Program-made: the position numbers and the translations under genes
Shown here: piece after piece, positions 59,537 through 64,000 of the stretch
Position numbering within the stretch: the stretch's first letter is position 1
Layout: each line of letters begins with the position of its first letter
The notes under the pieces: generated by a model
The model's database searches: none
What the model was told of the DNA's origin: nothing
What the model saw: the letters and a program-made list of their open reading frames with translations, nothing else
Assembly (NCBI GenBank): GCA_965222225.1
Contig: CBDCTK010000002.1
Location: 3,552,001-3,616,000 of the forward strand
Source of the DNA: Candidatus Poribacteria bacterium
GTDB lineage: Bacteria; Poribacteria; WGA-4E; JAJDTR01
DNA length: 64,000 nt
Direction of reading: 5' to 3'

Positions 59537-60082
59537 TCAACCCAAACTAGGTACTTCACCTTCAATATTCTGTGTCCAATACACCAAATTATCAAAGGTC
59601 ATGGGGTAGTATAACCCGTCTGGCTTACCTTTAAATACCTGTTTCATTATCCTGCAGAAATCTCCATCCTTAAGAACACCTTGCGCTGCTTTAGCAACTG
59701 GCGCGAGGCTACGCAATGAGGGATTGAACACTTCAAAGGCTACAATTTCCGCTGCCCCTAAACGATTTTTATCTGAAAAGTCTTGGTGACACCACCAGCA
59801 GATATGGGAAACTTTATCCGGGTTAAGCACAGCAGCCGATACGCCGGTGACCACGCTGGAATTTCGTCTTATTATGTGGTCTCGGATTCGTTCTTTAAGG
59901 TTCCTACTACTACCAACGTATGCTACGTTTTGCGTGTAATCAGGATTCGTCGGTACGTCTTTGCCAAGTGAGAGCAAGTTATTATGATCATACATTGCGT
60001 ATATACCCGGTTTTTTTACCGGTATTGGACTTGTAGAGAAGGGATTTTTTGGAAAAGAACGCGCTTCAGATAAATCAATCAT
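59537..60082 (-). CDS. GIY-YIG-like nuclease domain protein
   Basis: KPGIYAMY...AYVGSSRNLKERIRDH...AAE; AGGAGG RBS. Confidence 0.75.
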   Translation of the reverse strand: MIDLSEARSFPKNPFSTSPIPVKKPGIYAMYDHNNLLSLGKDVPTNPDYTQNVAYVGSSRNLKERIRDHIIRRNSSVVTGVSAAVLNPDKVSHICWWCHQDFSDKNRLGAAEIVAFEVFNPSLRSLAPVAKAAQGVLKDGDFCRIMKQVFKGKPDGLYYPMTFDNLVYWTQNIEGEVPSLG

Positions 60083-60249
60083 GGCTTCGATGTCCTCCTA
60101 AGTTCGAGAGCCCTCAAGAGATGCAGGGGAGATTTTTGACCATCTGGTCTTTTTGGTTGACCGTTGAAAAAGTCGCTGGCGGATTCCGGTACCATGCAGA
60201 TGACGTGTTAGGTTTCAGTCGGATTTAGGTGTGGCACGTCGGGGAAGCA

Positions 60250-60320
60250 GGATTTCTATCGCACTGGGATCTCTGTCGCGGTAGTTATCCACTCCCGTGA
60301 TCTATTCGGTCGGTTAATCC
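60250..60320 (-). repeat. Dispersed modular repeat copy 7 (A+A+B+B)
   Basis: Reverse complement GGATTAACCGACCGAATA-GATCACGGGAGTGGATA-ACTACCGCGACAGAGATCCC-AGTGCGATAGAAATCC. Confidence 0.7.
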
Positions 60321-60427
60321 CACGCTGGGGCTTTGATGTAGTGTGGCTCGGTTTGCAGCACACCTGCGCCGCGCTGGACTTTTAAATGCTGGTGCGCAAT
60401 GCGCACCTTACAAGAAATGGTGGGCAG

Positions 60428-60465
60428 GGGATCTCTATCGCACTCCTTAACCAGTCGCTTGATTC
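60428..60465 (-). repeat. Dispersed modular repeat copy 8 (A+B)
   Basis: Reverse complement GAATCAAGCGACTGGTTAAGGAGTGCGATAGAGATCCC; preceded by GTAGGGTG. Confidence 0.8.
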
Positions 60466-60482
60466 CACCCTACAGGATTGTA

Positions 60483-62570
60483 CTAGAGGTCTAATTCGAC
60501 GGTGAGATTGCGTTCGGGGTCGTGGTAGCGGATGAGGCGTCCGACGGAGGATACCCAGAATAATTGACCTTCGACATTTAGTCGAAAGCAACTCAGCTCT
60601 TGGCCGTTGACGACAAGATCCTCGGCATCTTCGACGATGATTTGGAGCGAACGAAGCGTCGCATCCGGCGGATTGAGCAGATTCACTTCCCACTGCAACT
60701 CGGTCGAAAGTTCCTGTTGACGGAAGAGTAGGTCCCACCCCCAAAATGAGAGGTCCTCAATGAAATGGGGAACCTTCTCGACCCACATTTTGAATCTTTC
60801 ACCGCCCTTCCTGAATCGAAGACGAGTCCCTTCGCGGGTATATTCATAGGACATCTTCTCGCCGTTTACCTCCATCTCCGATTGATAAAACAGGGGTTTC
60901 CCATTAAGCGTGAGATAGAGACTTGATTGTGCATTGATTTGACCGAAGATGTCATCATTAAGCGATAATGCCCCCTCGATTTCATAACATTGGATGCCGT
61001 CATAGGTCAAAATTCGCTCGACGCGACTCGCGCTTTTGCCAATAGGTTGTCCGTCACGCTCAAACGAAAATTGGTTTCGTTCGCCGACTTGCAGCGGAAT
61101 AAAATCTTGCCACGTAATCATGGCGCTCTGAAAGTCTAATACTTCCATCTCGCCGGGTTTCGTTGCTAGTTGTCCATTTCCTCGCCACAAGGCGACGTGC
61201 GCCGCACCAACCCCTCCGGTCTCGCCCGTAAGGGAATCCATCGCCATCCAACCTTCGTCGCCCCCAATGCTTACCTCCACCCAGTGATGTTGAACAAATA
61301 CGCCGTTATTTGTGTACAATAGCCCCCCGAGAACGTTCGCGGGAATCCCAAGCGAACGAATCAACTCGACCGCAAGCCGGGATCTCGACAGTGCATCGCC
61401 GGATTTGTTTGAGAGGCATTCATCGACAGAAACCGTCCTCGGATTGTAGGCGATTTCTTGCGTCACCCAATGGACAACCGCTTTCGCCGCATCGTAGCTC
61501 GTGACCACTCCGGCGGCGATTTCCTTTGCTTTCGCTTGGATTTGTCCCAGAGATTCGTCTGCGTGGTCATCTTGAATCGGTCTCGGGCCTGGCGCCCGGT
61601 CAGAGCGTTGATACGACTTGACGTTAAGGACACCGAGAATATGCGTGGTGTCAGTGCCTGGGTGCGCCTTACCCTCAAACCACTGATTGGAAACATCAAG
61701 CCCCAATTTACCTGATACAGAAACTTGGAGGTCGAGGCGCATTTGCAGCGCGACAAGGTCAGCCGCAGCCCCAAGTTCTTGATTGACGGTGAGGCGAGGC
61801 AAATCGGGATTTTGACGCAGTGCCGCCAAACGGCTCTCGATTACATCTTGCATTGGCAGCACGGAGTTGTCCGCAAGTATAATTTCTGTCCTCTGTGAAG
61901 GGATATCCCATTTCACAATCCGCCGACTCTGTCTATCGTACCAGAAATCCATCGCCAACCCACTATTATGCGCTTGCAGCCAGTCGGTTTGGTAGGTAAC
62001 CTCCCCAACCGTAAGCTTTTCGCCGCCAGCCCACGTCAACCGTAATTCGACAGCTTTGGGCTGACGCGGCACGGCTAGCGGGATAAGAATATGAAAGGAC
62101 TGTGTGCCGCGTTTCCTGAAGTCAAACTGTCCGAGAAGGACATTGTAGTGGTCAATCCTGAAATTGTCGTCAACGAGATACGTCGGCGCGGACAGGGAAA
62201 TCTCGTTGTCGAAATTCTGTCCGCCAGCGACAATTTGTTGAGTTGCGATGTCCTTCTCAAACTTGGTATCAACTGTCGATTGAGTAAACCCATTGATGTA
62301 AGTGGAAAGGTGGTATTCAATCGGCAACTGCGTTTGAGAGTTGAGGCGGGTGTTGGCTTCCAGCTTGATCTTCTGGTTCAGTTCGCTTTGACCAATATTG
62401 AACAGCACGGTCGTTTGCATCGCCAGATCGTCGCCGACGGACTTCACCTCATAGGAGATGTAGCCGACGGGGTTGCCCGACATCTTGATTTGGTAGTACA
62501 CCTGATCCGCGTTCACGGACAGGGACAGAGACAACAACATCAAATGAACTATAACAGATAGATTTTTCAT
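60483..62570 (-). CDS. Secreted transglutaminase-like domain protein flanked by beta-rich (DUF3108-like) domains
   Basis: Signal peptide; IRSLGIPA..LGGL...HHWVEV...GWMAMDS; GDA in place of GDC. Confidence 0.8.
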   Translation of the reverse strand: MKNLSVIVHLMLLSLSLSVNADQVYYQIKMSGNPVGYISYEVKSVGDDLAMQTTVLFNIGQSELNQKIKLEANTRLNSQTQLPIEYHLSTYINGFTQSTVDTKFEKDIATQQIVAGGQNFDNEISLSAPTYLVDDNFRIDHYNVLLGQFDFRKRGTQSFHILIPLAVPRQPKAVELRLTWAGGEKLTVGEVTYQTDWLQAHNSGLAMDFWYDRQSRRIVKWDIPSQRTEIILADNSVLPMQDVIESRLAALRQNPDLPRLTVNQELGAAADLVALQMRLDLQVSVSGKLGLDVSNQWFEGKAHPGTDTTHILGVLNVKSYQRSDRAPGPRPIQDDHADESLGQIQAKAKEIAAGVVTSYDAAKAVVHWVTQEIAYNPRTVSVDECLSNKSGDALSRSRLAVELIRSLGIPANVLGGLLYTNNGVFVQHHWVEVSIGGDEGWMAMDSLTGETGGVGAAHVALWRGNGQLATKPGEMEVLDFQSAMITWQDFIPLQVGERNQFSFERDGQPIGKSASRVERILTYDGIQCYEIEGALSLNDDIFGQINAQSSLYLTLNGKPLFYQSEMEVNGEKMSYEYTREGTRLRFRKGGERFKMWVEKVPHFIEDLSFWGWDLLFRQQELSTELQWEVNLLNPPDATLRSLQIIVEDAEDLVVNGQELSCFRLNVEGQLFWVSSVGRLIRYHDPERNLTVELDL

Positions 62571-62612
62571 ACGGGAAAACTTTGATATGACAGAGTTTCA
62601 GCAAGGTTATGG

Positions 62613-63323
62613 TTAATCCAAAGTTTCGCCGGGCTGAAGTGTGACGATATCGACATCCAAGGATTTGGTTAGTTCACGCAGGGCATCCGGCGTCCCGGTA
62701 AGTAACGGAAACGTGCCGTAGTGAATCGGTAGAATCGCCGGAACATCAAGCAACTCGGCGGCATGAGCAGCTTCGCGAGGCCCCATGGTGAAGTGGTCGC
62801 CGATGGGCAATAGCGCCAGATCGGGCTGATAGAGAGAGCCGATAATCTGCATGTCGCCAAAGACGTTAGTGTCGCCGGCGTGGTAGACTTTATACCCGTT
62901 TGGAAATTCGACGACAAATCCCGCAGGCTCCCCTAAGTAGACGGTCGTACCATCGTCTTCCGTAAAACTGCTGCTGTGATTGGCGTGAACCATCGTCGCT
63001 TTGACGCCGTTGGCTTGAACAGTGCCGCCTTTGTTCATGCCGATTGTATTTTGGACGCCCTTTCGCTCAAGCCATCCCGCGACCTCAATCATCCCGACTA
63101 CGGTTGGCGAGTTTTTTTTCGCCAGTTCCACCGCGTCACTGGTATGGTCAAAGTGTCCGTGCGTGATGAGCATGGTATCAATTCTATCGAATGTCTTCAG
63201 TTCGTCGGGGCAGACAGGGTTATTCATCACCCATGGATCGATTAGCGTTGTCTGACCCCCATACTCGAGTTTAACCGTGGCATGTCCCAGCCACGTCAGT
63301 CGAAGACCGTTATTAAGTTTCAT
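62613..63323 (-). CDS. Metallo-beta-lactamase-fold hydrolase (UPF0173)
   Basis: TWLGHA, LIDPW, THGHFDH, YHAGDT, LLPIGDHFTMGP, PIHYGTFP. Confidence 0.93.
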   Translation of the reverse strand: MKLNNGLRLTWLGHATVKLEYGGQTTLIDPWVMNNPVCPDELKTFDRIDTMLITHGHFDHTSDAVELAKKNSPTVVGMIEVAGWLERKGVQNTIGMNKGGTVQANGVKATMVHANHSSSFTEDDGTTVYLGEPAGFVVEFPNGYKVYHAGDTNVFGDMQIIGSLYQPDLALLPIGDHFTMGPREAAHAAELLDVPAILPIHYGTFPLLTGTPDALRELTKSLDVDIVTLQPGETLD

Positions 63324-63353
63324 CTAAGCCTCCTTAACAAGATTGAATAGTAA

Positions 63354-63403
63354 CGGGAAGCCCGCCCCTTCTGTACGCATTGAGGCGAGAGGGCGGGTTC
63401 CCG
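63354..63403. terminator. GC-rich inverted repeat (terminator- or REP-like)
   Basis: CGGGAAGCCCGCCC ... GGGCGGGTTCCCG between two co-oriented genes; no clear U-tract. Confidence 0.35.
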
Positions 63404-63425
63404 AAGTATGTTCCACAAACGGCGG

Positions 63426-63995
63426 TTACTCTTTGAGAACCATGTCGATACACATGACCGCCGCGAGAATGAGTTGGCGAATCGGATGGTTTGCCGGAAC
63501 GCTGCTTGATATTTCGAGCATGTAGTTATCGGCGCTTGTAAAGAGTTCCTTTCCGATACCAGCCCATTTCTTCGTGACATGCGCAAATTCGATGTCGTTA
63601 TGAACGAACCGAAAATCCCATCCTGTCCATTTTCCTCTCAAGCCACACAAAGAGCTGCCGTACGCGTCGAGTATATCAAAAGCGCCGCCGATGGAAAACA
63701 GTTTCTGCTTAAATCCGCCGATGACAGTGTTGTTTTCATCGTGAACGTCAACGGTCGATAAGAATATGGCAACCCCTCTCGTAACCCGAATCAGTTGCTC
63801 TCCATCGGAAGTTCTGATCTGAATATTGAAGGGTGTGTTCCGTTTCAAATCCGTAAATCGTAGGAGCTTCGTAACGAACCCGAGGTCGTCCTCTCGGCAC
63901 ACCATGACCATTCTTCCGGTTTCAGGGTCGTAGATGTCGTAATTGTTCGCCGCCTTGAACACCCCGACGTGTTCCTTTACGAGGAACCGATTCAT
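63426..63995 (-). CDS. Scramblase/LURP-one (Tubby-C-like) family protein; the start may lie beyond the window
   Basis: NNYDIYDPETG, IGGFKQKLFSIG, KWTGWDFRF, VTKKWAGIGKELFTSADNY, ILAAVMCIDM. Confidence 0.8.
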   Translation of the reverse strand: MNRFLVKEHVGVFKAANNYDIYDPETGRMVMVCREDDLGFVTKLLRFTDLKRNTPFNIQIRTSDGEQLIRVTRGVAIFLSTVDVHDENNTVIGGFKQKLFSIGGAFDILDAYGSSLCGLRGKWTGWDFRFVHNDIEFAHVTKKWAGIGKELFTSADNYMLEISSSVPANHPIRQLILAAVMCIDMVLKE

Positions 63996-64000
63996 GTTTA

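Overview
A 64-kb bacterial chromosomal window of roughly balanced GC. Gene style (TPR and FRG-TPR proteins, an ElbD-like enzyme, dense intergenic repeats) suggests a Candidatus Poribacteria-like organism, but that is inference only. Most of it is housekeeping or metabolic: TolC, gnd, CoA-transferase, dacB, GT4, tatAC, bioF, a GH36-like glycosidase, moaDE, argH, rlpA, pyrF, lepA-lepB, an ABC ATPase, an AddA-like helicase and thrC. Accessory blocks include a mini GIY-YIG-like gene, a 21-bp VNTR and a frame-split FRG-TPR gene; IS1595, IS3 and RAYT remnants plus a MITE; and an ElbD/ElbB-like ether-lipid pair. A type I R-M island carries an uncharacterised three-gene cassette between hsdS and hsdR (the prrC position), is bracketed by 45-bp REP-containing direct repeats and has a GIY-YIG gene next to it. 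A modular, largely non-palindromic intergenic repeat (8 clear copies, 2 partial) recurs, often as inward-facing pairs around accessory genes. No rRNA, tRNA or CRISPR array was recognised. All family calls come from motif recognition by eye, not from database searches.
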